DNA of 55,709 bases, the filler included, from Dirinaria sp. TL-2023a (taxonomy: Eukaryota): the NCBI GenBank assembly GCA_051941275.1. It is 4 parts of 4 records of this genome, joined end to end, with 100 filler letters (N's around TTAATTAATTAA, not from the genome) between each part and the next. Parts side by side here need not be neighbours in the genome. Positions count along the whole stretch, not along the records: positions 27,934 to 41,779 come from JAVEBF010000646.1; positions 41,880 to 55,709 come from JAVEBF010000647.1; 2 more parts are not named here. The stretch is one strand, 5' to 3'. The notes beneath the pieces are model-generated. The model searched no databases and was not told the DNA's origin. It saw only the letters and a list, made by a program, of their open reading frames with translations. The position numbers and the translations under genes are program-made. Of this stretch, positions 34,654-46,971 are shown in pieces (the first letter of the stretch is position 1; each line of letters starts with the position of its first letter).

Positions 34654-35997
34654 TTACCAGTGTGGGAGTATCTGCATTAAGTCAAAAGTCTTGTATACAC
34701 CAACTGGTAGCTCTCTTAGACCGACTAGAGCTTCCACAATCATATAAGTCCTCGCAGCAGCGAATAAAAAAACCATGGGCAGTAGTAGACCAACTTCCCA
34801 GAGTAGCATAGGTTTGGCGTGCTTCTGCTCCGTCTCAAAAGCGTCAAGTCGATTTCTTGTGCTTTGACGCTTCGTCCTCGCACCACTTTCAACATCTGGT
34901 TCATTTGCAAGCATTTTCTTTTTAAGCCCCAGCCAAATGAGGTACTTGTCCCATCGCCCAAAGCGATGACGAGCCGCGATGGTTTCGAAAACCCACCAGA
35001 AAATAGTGGCACCAACAATCAACAAGCTTGAAATCCGCCATAGAAGTGACTCAGATCGCGTTGGGAATGTGAAATTCCAACCGATCAGGTGAAAAGCTGA
35101 GTATGTCGTTGTCATAAAGAAGAGTGCAAACTTCTCAAAACTGCCGATGTCGGGAAATCGATCGTTGGGAAAGCATCGAAGCGGTCTTTCACGATTGTCG
35201 CAACGTAGCTTGAAAAATCCCATCACATCGTAGCCACAAGTGAAGGACTGTTTAGCTACGAAATCAAGCGGAGTGTGGAGATAAGGCGCAGCGGCTTCGT
35301 CTCCAGCGTCAAGCAAAATTTGAGCAGTTGTGGCTTCTATGGTTAACACAATACCTTTCTGAACGTTATTCGGTTTGTGCAACCAACAAACAAACGTGCC
35401 CAATGTGCAGAGCACGATCGCACCTGCTGAGAGCTCAAGGGCCGATGTCGCCAGTCGTAGGATTGCACGACCCAGCAACTGGATGACAAGCCAGCAAGCT
35501 TGTAGCAAAGTGAGGACACGTGCAAGTGTGTCAGCTTTTGACTTGTCCCAGATCTCTTCCACAGCAAGATCCGGATACTCCATGTATTGATGTTCCACCA
35601 GGTATGCCAATTGGCGGCTGTTGACCAAGAAAGGAGTGCTGTCTCTCGGTTGCAGCAGTATACCGCCCATATCTGCAAAGAATCCGTGACGAAGTGTCCA
35701 AGCCTTGTATCCGAGTCCATGAAATCGCTTCACTGACCGTCGTGCTGAAGCAAATTGGCCGATTGCCACAGCGAGTACGAGTTCCGGGCCTACTATGGCC
35801 CACAGCATCCATTTTGCTTTGATGCATAGCCTGTCTAAATTGCTTGCATCAGGATGCGGAATGTTTAGGCATACCGCCGTCCAAGTACATAAGAAAATGG
35901 TAAGAAAAGACGACCAGACTATGTCTATTGTGCCTCGGCCCTCAGGGCCAGACACCCATCCAATGATAGAGGGCGTTGAGTTGCGAACCTCGTTCAT
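34654..35997 (-). CDS. Uncharacterised fungal multi-pass membrane protein (GWV..P..RGT family)
   Basis: 447-aa intronless ORF with motifs of a widespread fungal family: GWVSGPEGRGTIDIVWS, LCTWTAVCLNIP, HGFFADMGG, EIWDKSKAD, WLHKP, WNFTFPT and LRELPVGVY. Confidence 0.85.
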   Translation of the reverse strand: MNEVRNSTPSIIGWVSGPEGRGTIDIVWSSFLTIFLCTWTAVCLNIPHPDASNLDRLCIKAKWMLWAIVGPELVLAVAIGQFASARRSVKRFHGLGYKAWTLRHGFFADMGGILLQPRDSTPFLVNSRQLAYLVEHQYMEYPDLAVEEIWDKSKADTLARVLTLLQACWLVIQLLGRAILRLATSALELSAGAIVLCTLGTFVCWLHKPNNVQKGIVLTIEATTAQILLDAGDEAAAPYLHTPLDFVAKQSFTCGYDVMGFFKLRCDNRERPLRCFPNDRFPDIGSFEKFALFFMTTTYSAFHLIGWNFTFPTRSESLLWRISSLLIVGATIFWWVFETIAARHRFGRWDKYLIWLGLKKKMLANEPDVESGARTKRQSTRNRLDAFETEQKHAKPMLLWEVGLLLPMVFLFAAARTYMIVEALVGLRELPVGVYKTFDLMQILPHW

Positions 35998-36765
35998 GAC
36001 AGAGGATCAAGAGGTTGTAAGGATCATCCCAACCAGCATGACAGTAGTTGGAAACCCGATTCTGACTTGAGGCATAATGGCGTAGAATATCTCATATATG
36101 AAAGCCTACTCAAAGAGAAGCAGTCAGGAGCACTTGTGACGCATAGCTGAAATTAGCCTTTACTGCATGATTGATCCTATTCAAGCAGCCCCTTAGACAG
36201 GATATTCCCATTTTTGGGATCTCTGCATGATCCCAAACAAGAAACCCTGTAGCAACTAGTTATTGATCGTTAGAGAAGGCCAATGGTAGTTCAATACTGA
36301 CGCTGAAGTCTACTATAGTAACAGCAGATCGGCAAAGCGATGTTCTGGACCGGCGCCGCGGGCGCCTGTTGCCCCTACCGCCCAATGGCCATAGTATCTA
36401 AGATCTATTCTCGAGTATGACAGTAGAAGTGTGATGCAACTTTGCTAATGCACAACGAACACGGCGCTTACTGGTTTCCAAAATTCATGGACAGGCGCGT
36501 ATGATCATTGGTGATTGGTGCTCTCGCTTTGGAGGGCATGGATGTGTCACCCAGATGGGCCTAGCGTAGCGACCATACATACGGTACTGTACAGTATTTG
36601 TGCAGTGGGCGCTTCCTTGTATTCTCAGCCTAATCCACCGGGGAGAGAAGAGGGTGTCGATTAAACAGAATCTTCCCCCGTGCATCACTTATCACAATAA
36701 TCAAAGTCGACACGCATTCCAGTTACTTTCCATTTTCAAATACGTAAACATTCTCGACAGCAGAA

Positions 36766-37710
36766 ATGGTCAAAAACGCCGCTCAGTTGCCACTATCAGC
36801 AGTCCCCAAGACTACTACAAGCGAGCCAGCACCTGTACTGGATGAATCTGATGAACAAAAATCTTACTGGCCATTGATAGCGTCCAAGGATGATCTTCCA
36901 GAATGGCTGCGCGATAACGATTATATTATCAATGGACATCCAATGCCTACATATTCATATCGGCGCTCTTTTCGTCTTTGGCAATGCTTGCATATGGAAA
37001 CTGTTAACATCTGGACACACCTCTTGGGCTCCGCGGTATTCATTGCTCTCGGTATCACTTTCTACAAGTACACCTCGGCTTCTGGAGGCTTTCCATGGAA
37101 CATAGGAGATCTCTTCGCGTTTAGTATTTCAATCACAGCAGCTGCTGTGTGTTTCGGTCTGAGCGCCACTTTTCATACTTTGAGAAGCCATTCGTACAAT
37201 GTGCATCACTTCTGGGGAAAGATGGACATTCTTGGCATCTGTGTGCTTGCCCTTGGAGGTGGAATGTCAATGACATTTTACGCGTTCTATTGTAGCCCCG
37301 CGACTCAAAGAGCCTATTGGACCATTAATGCAATCTCAGCCGCTGCCGCGGGGGTCATACTGTTCGATACGGGTGGAGGTGGTAGTAAAATGAGGACTTT
37401 GCGAGGCGGCGTGTTCAGCTTGTTGGCTATCACTGCGATTTTGCCAGCTTTCCATAGTTCAATTCTGACTGGGTGGACTCGGGCGTCCAATGAGATTGGC
37501 ATACATTGGTATCTCGCTGAGGCTCTGTCTCTATTACTGGGTGTGTGTCTTTTTGTTGGCAGACTTCCGGAGAGACTTAGTCCTGGCACCTTCGACATGT
37601 TCGGTCACTCGCATCAGCTGTTCCATTTTTGCGCTCTCTTCGGCACGGCATTTCATGTCGTTGGACTTGTGTCAGGATTCAAGTATCGCCAAGCAAATCT
37701 GAATTGCTAG
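36766..37710 (+). CDS. PAQR / hemolysin-III family (Izh/mPR-like) 7-TM protein
   Basis: LPEWLRDNDYI, ETVNIWTH, SATFH, KMD, PERLSPGTFD and GHSHQLFH zinc-binding motifs. Intronless. Confidence 0.93.
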   Translation: MVKNAAQLPLSAVPKTTTSEPAPVLDESDEQKSYWPLIASKDDLPEWLRDNDYIINGHPMPTYSYRRSFRLWQCLHMETVNIWTHLLGSAVFIALGITFYKYTSASGGFPWNIGDLFAFSISITAAAVCFGLSATFHTLRSHSYNVHHFWGKMDILGICVLALGGGMSMTFYAFYCSPATQRAYWTINAISAAAAGVILFDTGGGGSKMRTLRGGVFSLLAITAILPAFHSSILTGWTRASNEIGIHWYLAEALSLLLGVCLFVGRLPERLSPGTFDMFGHSHQLFHFCALFGTAFHVVGLVSGFKYRQANLNC

Positions 37711-38960
37711 GGTTAAATTTGTTCGCCTTTACATTGTGGGCAGATCGTAGTTATTAGAGGGGAAAGCGGTCTGAAAATCCAAATAGCTTTGCGTCGTCGA
37801 ATGCAGTATGCTTGAGAGTGCATATTCTTGTCTTAGAGCCTTCTCAGATTGTGGGGTTTCTTACAGTCCGCTTGTCCGAAACCGAGTGATATCGAAGGGT
37901 ACATGTTCCCGTTGAGAAGTTGACCATTCCCATAGAGCACATCAGCGAGCTCTAGCTAAGCGTTTCTTCGCGTTTCTAGCCCCTTGTCAATGCCTGGGTG
38001 TAGGTCTCAAAGAGGCCTCCGGGGAGTTCTCAAAATCTTAGCGCGAGTTTTGCCGCCCCATTGTCCAAGCCTCCAGCGAGATTTATCCGACTATTATTAC
38101 CAATCTTTCTTTCAGCATTGGCGGAATTCTACTCGATTATCATTCAGTGAAGGGGGCCAAAATAAGATCAGATCGAGTTACAGAGCCTATACCAAAAATG
38201 GCGCGCGTGCGATATTATTGCAAAACGTCTTGCAGTTCCGCATGTAAATCTTTATAGTCCTGGATTGAACGGCCAATACCTTGCCAGCGTCGATCCGGGA
38301 AATCATGACATATAATATAGTAGCATGAAATGTAATGTAGAAACGTAAAGTGGCATCGCGCTACCTGGCTTTCGCAGGTTCTGGTTCAAGATAATAGTCT
38401 TCCTTGCCATCCGAACGATCTTGGATATTGATCGACAAGCATGACATTAACGTAACTGGCAGCAGAGAAACACTCGTACCTAATGTTGCTCAGTGCATGA
38501 CTGTCTGTCTATTTTCCAGATCCAGACGTGGTCTCGAAGCTTCTTGCTTCCCCCGAAAACGGCCTGCCTTCTCTACCTCCACCACGTTCCCTCATACACC
38601 CTCAGCATCCTTTCTCGGCGCCTTTTGCTTCCTCGGGCAATACTAATGATTACAGGAGTCCACAATCTCTCATTCGGCCGCTCCTTGGGGATGTCTGTTA
38701 AAGTGGCGCTAATAAAACAATCCACTTGACTAACAGACTGCTACTTGGAATTTTTCCTCCCTCTTCTTTGAATCGAGAGGAAAAGTGTTTCCGTCGGCTT
38801 GCCTCATCATTATCGTGATTTAAAGGTAGATAATGTAGCTGGACTACGGTATAATATAAATGGGGTGAACAGTAGGTCATGGAGATCTTTTTGTGATTCC
38901 ATAGAAGTGAAAAACTCCTAGTTGGTCTCCGTTGTTAGCGACAGCCACTCGACAAAAGAT

Positions 38961-39085
38961 CACGAAAACCCTTATTGGGCTAGGCTAATCTGCACCCACT
39001 TAGCAGGCTTGGCAGGGCAGCCCCTCAGCTTGCCAAGCAACACTTAAAGTACCTCTCACGCTAATGAACGCGTCTTCTGTCGCGT
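38961..39085. promoter_or_regulatory. SCB/MCB-like sites upstream of the sirtuin
   Basis: CACGAAA (38961), ACGCGT (39068) and TCGCGT (39080). Confidence 0.5.
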
Positions 39086-39240
39086 TAATTGACAAAGGGA
39101 TCTATGTTCTCTTCACTGCTTGATATATCCTGTACATATAATTGTCCTTCTCTACGCATTCCTATGATGGCAGTACACATATGAATGTGGACCTTGACTG
39201 TAGAGTTGCCAGAATTAAAATCTTTCATTGTCAGCCCTAC

Positions 39241-40937
39241 ATGGCAATACTCCAGATTGCTGAAGACGACAATCGCCAACTACAGAATGTTGCCAATATT
39301 CTCGCTTCGGCCAAGAAGGTCGTGCTTTTCACAGGTGCTGGGATCTCTACTAACTGCGGAATACCTGTGGGCAGACGAATCGTCCATTCGCCGGTTGTAC
39401 AAAAGCTAACACTCGTAAGGATTTCCGCTCGGAGGAAGGCCTCTATGCCCTCATCCAAGCCAGCTATGACAGAGCTCCACAGCAGTCATCTCAATCCGGT
39501 GCACGAGCGAACGATGCTATTCCCATAACCTCACCCAGTCGACCCTCTGTCCCAAGCAACGTCAGAGGCAAGGACCTTTTTGACTCTGTTCTATGGAAGG
39601 ATCCTGTCAGCACCTCAGTATTCTATACCTTCATCGCATCGTTACGAAAGAAGATCCGAGAAGAGGTAAAGCAGACTTCACCGACCCATCGCTTCATCCG
39701 GACCTTGCGCGACGGTAGAAGATTGGTGAGATGCTATACTCAGAACATTGACGGCTTAGAGAACCGGGAGGGGCTGTGTACCGATTTCGAGAGGGGGAAC
39801 GGCGTACGAAGTAGGTTTAGGAAGAAGGCACTCGCGTTACCATCCAAGCTCCTGTCGCAGAAAGCTACAGGCGGTACTCAGGATGGAGGTTGCGAAGTGG
39901 TACAGCTTCACGGCGACCTCGAGACCCTCCGATGCACTTTCTGCAAGAAAATCTGTGGGTGGGAAGAGGGCGGTAGGGAAGCGCTGCTCCTAAGTGGTAG
40001 AGCGCCTGAATGCTTGTCATGTACCATCCTAGACCAAGACCGCCGAGACCGTGGGAAACGTGGCACTAAGATCGGTACATTACGACCAAATATAGTCCTT
40101 TATGGGGAAGAGCATCCCTCGGCAGATGCTATATCGACAATTAGCACGCATGATCTCGGATTTGCACCTGACGTCCTTCTGATACTCGGTACTTCTCTTC
40201 ATGTCCATGGCTTAAAGGTGTTGGTCAAAGAATTTGCAAAGTCAGTGCATGCAAGACCAGGAGGAAAAGGCAAGGTTATTTTTGTGAACCTGACGAAACC
40301 ATCGGAAAGTGTATGGAAAGACACCATCGACTACTGGGTCTCTATGGACTGCGACCAATGGGTTGGTGTACTCAAGCGTCACAGACCGGATCTCTGGCAC
40401 ATACAGACCGAGTTGAAACCCCAGATAACCAAGGTCGGTATTAGTAAAGCAAAGTCCAATCCTATTAAAGATGCCCCTTTTTGTGGAGAGGACCAGAAGG
40501 AGAACGCCCCTACCGGTTCATGGGGTATCTCGAAGTCCGGAAAGAAAATGGCGTCGGGCTCGCCCAAGAAGAAGGTACCTTTGTTCGATATGACTGAGGG
40601 TTCGAGAACAGTGCTCTCCGAACATTCGCCCTCCCAGCCTGCAACGAAGTGCTTGAAACGCAAACGTTCTTGCGAGAACCAGCAGCTGCCCACTCCACCA
40701 TCAAGTGGACATCGGGCCAGATTTCTAGATATGGCCGCTGAGCCCATCGAGCCAGCTATGAGTGACCCTCGAACACCGTCAAAGCGGACGGCAGCCGAAG
40801 TTGTCATTTATCAGGATCCGACTCCTAAACGTCGACGAACAGACAGTGGTCGCAGCACCGATCCTCAATCGAGCGGCCAGAGACGCGTGAATCGTCCAGC
40901 GAAGTCTCTGCAGGGAAAGTATGTCCATCGCCAATGA
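39241..40937 (+). CDS. HST3: NAD-dependent deacetylase, Hst3/Hst4-like sirtuin
   Basis: TGAGISTNCGIP|DFRS (intron 39367-39419), YTQNIDGLE, QLHG, CxxC/CxxC zinc ligands, RPNIVLYGEEHP and GTSL. HST3 versus HST4 not certain. Confidence 0.9.
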
Positions 40938-41659
40938 AACTCCAGTCTCAAGAGGGTTTCAAGCGGGAACCCACGGGAAGAGGCTTCCGGTCCAGTGGCC
41001 AAGACTTGCCACCCACCATTAGAAGGTGTAGCTAGGGCTGATGTCACAGCGACTTACCATGTCATCGCAAGAATTGCTGGGGTCAGTGAATATTGCAAAG
41101 GAGCTGAGCGTTGCGGCAGTGCTGAAGCATGTTACATATGTACTGTACTCTTCAAGTACTACTACTACCTTGGGGTAGGTTTGCAGGCTGGCAGCAGCCA
41201 GGAACCCTTTAGCAGGTTAGCGACTTTCTAGAAGGTTTCTGCTACACCATTTCACTTGCATCGCCTACCCTTTTGTCAGCTACCTTATTGATTGGAGGAC
41301 TGGGCAGTAAGTGAGCTCTTGGCAGGCGGCTGTGCCACTAGCTAAGACGCACGTCACTGCGAGGCAGAAGAGATTCGAAGCAATTCCTCGATTCATCCAC
41401 CAGTCCATGTTCCATCGCATGCTTAATCAGCCTTGTGGGGCCTCGAAGCTTTTCTTCGTAGCTTTTATACATACCTCTACCCCTAAAAATCTCATTGCGC
41501 CCGACTTCTGCTGAGCCGATCTTCCAAACCCTTCCCACAGGAACCTCCATTTACTGTACCTTGACCCCACCAGCAACCCCATCATCCACATCTCAGTATC
41601 CCCACCAACTTGATTTCCACCCCAAGGCAAAAAAAAAAAACATAAAAAACATCCCCAAA

Positions 41660-41779
41660 ATGGCCGACCCCTACCGCCCAACTTACTACGAGCAACAAGA
41701 AACCTACCAAACCCACTCGAGCCAACCCTACCGCCCCGCAGACTATACCCCGCAGTCGGCACTGACGCTGTCCCAAAAC
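41660..41779 (+). CDS. 5' end of a gene truncated by the contig end (MADPYRPTYYEQQ...)
   Basis: CAAAATGG start context, Y/Q/P-rich open frame running to the gap. Confidence 0.5.
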
Positions 41780-41879
41780 NNNNNNNNNNNNNNNNNNNNN
41801 NNNNNNNNNNNNNNNNNNNNNNNTTAATTAATTAANNNNNNNNNNNNNNNNNNNNNNNNNNNNNNNNNNNNNNNNNNNN
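41780..41879. other. Artificial contig spacer N44-TTAATTAATTAA-N44
   Basis: Same 100-nt linker. Confidence 0.98.
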
Positions 41880-42727
41880 GACCTTGGGAAGCTTTTTCGT
41901 GAAATTCGAGTCCACCATTGTATCTTATCTTCAAGCTCTGGGGTAATTGCCGTTTTTTTGCAAATGTGTCTTTTTTTGCAAATGCGGTGAGTACATGCGG
42001 CGCTATACCCCGCTTTGAAATACAATCCGCGTGGAGATTGATTGGTTCCTACTGAGATAGATCCTGTTGGGATCGAGAGTTATAATAGAACTCGGTATTA
42101 ATATAGAAGGTGTATTGTCTTTGGTACGCTCGACGAGGATTAGCTAGATGAGATCCCAAACATGGAAGATGACTTCGCTACTTTGTTCGCTTGATCGGAC
42201 TGTTGGATGACATAAGCGATTTCAAGCGCCTTAAGATCCTTTTCCCCGCTCTCTGACGCTTTTCCCTTGGTTCTAGGATACCACTGACTCCTCCCTTCGG
42301 CGTCAAGAATTACAAAGGCCAGGATGAGCCGGTTACGAAACTTTTGGGCAGTGTATTGTCTGCGATAGCGCTTACGCCAGAGTGGAATTGACAAGTACCG
42401 CAAATTCTCAATTTTGGAGTAGTCCCTATTGTTCGGCAAGCAGCTATAGTGGGCTCGTCGCTCAGGAAGTTTGTATAGATAAGACGAAAGAATCGCATTG
42501 GCCCATGTCCTAGAAATTTAGAAAGACACCTGTATCATCCGAAACTCGTACATCGTTATCATATTTAAAGCATGCAGGAGCGTAGGAGAACACCATTAAT
42601 GCCCGAAAACAAAACCAGAGCGACGGAAACAGAAAGTAGAACGCCCTCTCCTCCGGCCGATAACCCAATCCAACAACTCCTAAACCTTGCGCCTGCTCTA
42701 TGCCTGTTCCACATACTCCGTCCAATG

Positions 42728-43988
42728 CTATTCCTCAACCCAGTCGGCACGACTAAAACCCCATCATCATCAGCCACAGACTAAGACCCACGATGGAGAC
42801 GACGTACCAATACGGGCAAGTTTGCGAGGTCCCCTCCCGCAGCCAAGTGTCGATGCATCTCTGATGGTAATACTGCCTGCACTGTGTTCGGCAGGGTACG
42901 ATGCTTCTGCCGTCAACCAGTTCTTCGTAGCAGATCGAGCAGTCTCCGGATAGCGTTCGAGGATTAGTCGGCACCGGCTCTTCTGGAGACGTTTGCTCTG
43001 TTACTGGGACAGCGGGGGCGGGATGGAGGATATCAGACGATGGTTCATCGCTGACAGGGCTGTTGCCTCGCTCGACTTGCAAGGAATCCACGGTTTCCGC
43101 TTCTGTGGCTGCTTGAAAGGAAGCCACACTGGTGCCTGGGGTGCTGGTTGGCGATGCTGGGGGGCTGAATGTAGTCGCGGGGCTGCTGAGGTTGGTCAGG
43201 CTTTCGTCGGTTGGGGTTCTAGCCGGCGTTGCTGGAGCCACGTTGTCTCCTAGAGTCGTCTCTAACGCCAAAACGGTGCCCGTTGATGTTTGAGTTGGTG
43301 TCGAGCTAATGGCAACCGGTTCTGTGGTCTGAATGGCCCTTCCGCTGACAGGGCTTTGTTGACTGTTTCCTTGTGAGGCTGTTGAAGACGTAGCCGTCTC
43401 GGCTGAAGCAGCGGTTCGTCTATGTATCTCGGTGGGTGCCGCAGTATCGCTTCTACTCGAGGGTTGCGATGCCGTAGGCTGCACTGCTGCGAGCCGTGTA
43501 ATGAGACTACGTATCGAGCTTTCGAGACTCGGCGCTGCCGCACCTTGGCGTCTTCTTTCCCTGACGACCTGGCGAGCAATCTCCGCCAGAATCTGGGCTT
43601 CAACCTCGTCGCGTTCTACTTCTTCTTGATCTTCAGCTTCCTCTTCCTCTTCCTCTTCCTCCTCTGCAATCTCTTCTTCCTCTTCTACAGACAGGAGTTG
43701 CTGGATATCGTTCTCCCACTGCCTGACTACGCCAGTAGCCTGATTCTGATGGTTTCTCTGACATAGTAGTAGACGGGCCAACTTCTGCAGATGCCTGCTC
43801 AAGCTCGGGCTTGCAGGATCGAGCCTGGATATTTTAGCCAGCAGTAGCTGCGCTTCTTCACGATTGGCCAGGGCGATGGGGTTTTGACACCCACGGCCCT
43901 TGGACGGTGCCCAGCCACAACATCGTGTGCGGGAGTTATCGATGCTGAGTACGTCATAGGGGTTCCAGAAGGTACTGAAAGATGGCAT
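42728..43988 (-). CDS. RING-finger protein with N-terminal Cys/His module (putative E3 ligase)
   Basis: N-terminal CCGW..GRGCQNPI...LLCQRNHQNQ, poly-Glu, S/T/P-rich linker, C-terminal CSIC..CRTQC..H..C..W..CPY|CRADW. Intron 42807-42753. Confidence 0.85.
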
Positions 43989-45750
43989 GGGTTCGTGTTG
44001 GAAGCACCGGCTCTCAAAAGGAGGGTGGTTGGATGAGTTGTGAAAGGAAGATACTCAAAAGGCAGCAGCAACCTAGCGGATCTGCCGGACGGTTTTCGGC
44101 GAATGGGAAAAAAACAATAAGACTGCGTGTAAGAAAAGCAACTCTACGTGAGTGAGGAATCCAATAGATAGGAAGATGAAAGTAAGGAAGCAGGCCAAGG
44201 AGGCGAACTTTGACTTAAAAGCAAGAATTGATCAAGCAGTCGTGACCTAATAAGTTTTGGGAGTACAAAGCCCTGCAAGATGCCTTGCAAGACTGTCTCA
44301 GCTGAGACGTTCATCCACCCACCTCACATTGAACATGGGACATGACAGCCAATCTCAATCTCTGGCGCACCCTCACCACCCCATTTCTCAAAAGCAACTA
44401 CTTGACCTCATACTGCACAGCTTGTGTGCCAGCACCGCAGTTACCGAAAGCCACAAATCGCTGCGCATGAAATACGCGTAGGAGGCGATTTGGTGCGCTG
44501 ACTGCTGCGGTAAGTTTACAACCTGCATGCTCTTTGATAGGCCGAGACATTCAGGATGCAAGCGCCGGGGAACTTCCCGTCGGAGTATTCTTAGCGGGGG
44601 CAGTGTCGTAGATTGGTGTGGCTGAAGGAAGACTGGACGCCACATTTGCTTTGAGGGGGTGGAACAATGGTGGTGTGAGAGTAATTCGACTTTGGAAACC
44701 ATCCGTAGAATAGTAGAACGTGTCACGCTGTGACATGCTTAGAGAGTCTTTTCACCGAGGAAAGTTTTTAAATATCTGTCGATGTAATCTTGTTGTCTCG
44801 TTTGGAAAAAGATACGGAGACGAGGACGTCGATGAATGACTTCGCACCTTATGCTTGTCGGGCTTTTTTGACAGCAATCTCGCTTGCCGTGGGCTTAAAA
44901 CGGAACTTATGCAAGAAAGAGGCCCAGCAGATATCTTTCTTAATATAGCGCAAAGGATTGCATAGCGGACACAGGGATATTAGGAGCCGAAACTTCAGAG
45001 GATCAAAAAGAGCCACTAAGAGTGTTCTACGAACGTCAGAGAGTTCTTCGTCTTTGAAGGGGCCAGATGGAGATTCATCTGCTGAGAAACTCTTCGCGCA
45101 TCCTGACAGTAGCGAGACAGCACTAGAGCGAGCGAGGTAGATGAACGAGCGACCTGCCGACAGCCGAAAGTGTGACCAATCCATGTTGAGTCCACTGCCT
45201 AATAATCGCTCTGGTAAATTGGGGTAGTCGCTCAAGGAAGCTTGCAATTCTTTACTCGGAAATAAACTTACTGGATGCGAGGGTGCCTGAGCCAAGTGTC
45301 GCAGCCTTGTCTTAGATATAGGACACACTCACAGGTCGCGGAATGAAGGTCTCGTCAAAGACGCGACATCTCAAAACTCTCTAGCTTTTTCCAACCACTC
45401 CCTTTTTATATGCCTCCTTGCCTAACATCAAAGAGTCAAGGTTGAATTTTCAATGCTTTCCTCTCTTAGCTTCTTCTGCTAGGACGTGCCGCAGGCCGGG
45501 TCGTGCTATTCATTTCCTCGGAGCCACTCAATTCACTAGAGGAAGAAGCGCGATGGCTAGACGCGCCATCTGAAGTCATCCGCCGCGACTTTCATCCTAA
45601 GTAGCAGGACTTGTATTTTGACCAAAAAGCCAAGGAGGTCCGAGTGTTTATACCAACTCCGCCCAAAGATGCCTCAATGCATCTCGTTCATCATTTTGCC
45701 CTCCTTTCTAAACCTCATCTAACCCCCACCATCTCATAAATATAGGCTCC

Positions 45751-46971
45751 ATGGTGGGCGATACGACTGATAAAACTCGCTCCGTCATTGATGCTGAGAC
45801 CACGAAGATTGAGAACGGCAAAGGCATCGAAGCATTTAACAGCTGCACTATTGTTCTTAAAAATCTGAGCAATGTGCGCTCGCAGGATGTGGCTGCTAGG
45901 CACGGTTTTGGCGCACAAGTCGAGCCGAGGAAGAGATTAGCTATTGTGCGATATGCTTTCCTACAGAAGACGATAAACCTCGAGCACGAGTGGGTTTCCT
46001 GGAGGGACGTTGATATTGCGGAAAGCCCAAGAACAATTCTCGAGGATTTCATAGCACATCAAAAAGGTGCCCTAGCTCTCAGTGAATTAGCCATCGAATA
46101 TAACCTCCCTTTGTCAACTCACAACATTTAGACATCTGATTTCACAGACAATCAAAGGTGAGCAATATCTATGGCGGATGTGAGCGCTCATATGTCTTAC
46201 AATCTAGCGTTGCTAACCCAAGCTCGTAATCCTTCAGACGATTATAATTCTTGGCAAGAGACGCCTCAAAACGACAACTTCAAAGAGCGATTAGATACAG
46301 AAGTTATAGTCGTCGAAGGTATGCTGCTTGCTCAATGGTTCCATCAAGGCTCGAGCTTTTTCTAGCAGGCTACTCCCAATTCAAGACACGGCGCCGACAC
46401 ATGGCCAAATCCGCGGTTAGCGCAACAGCCCGGCGCTCGAGATTCCGCTGGATGTCGTAGGAGAGGCCAGTCTCTTAGTCTCTCTAATTATGTCCTTTGG
46501 CATTTTGGCACGTCCGATAAAGAAGGGAATGTGCATGAAACGCTGCCTTGGCTTTGGCCGCTGCTAGAATGTCTGGTTCTGATGGATGTGGAGGAGGGTT
46601 ACATTGAATCGGCCACCTGTGCTATGGCAGTTCAAGATGAGGAGCGCGCACAAGACCAGAATCGTCGGATACGCAGAGCCTCATATTTTTGCGGCATGGT
46701 ACTCTAGGCTACTGCTTTGTTAGGGTAAGGCTGATCTCAATCCCAGAGAAGCTCATGCCGTGCAAAAGCCGTTACCCAATCGCTTTGAGGAGATCAGACT
46801 CTAGAAAAGGCACTCGATATCCTGAGTCACTGCATAGAAAGTGAAGGCAGGAAGACTTTAGCGGAAAATTCCGATCAAATCACGCTAATCAAGATCAAGT
46901 ATCTCGAGTTACCTGATGATTTGATCGATGTCAATGTCATTGACGCTGTCTTAACTTGCTTGACGACTTAA
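45751..46971 (+). pseudogene. Probable degenerate gene of unknown family
   Basis: One frame is nearly open for about 400 codons, with stops at 46129, 46159, 46363, 46786 and inside an intron-like segment. Intron-like elements at 46158-46207, 46319-46368 and 46699-46746. Confidence 0.5.
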
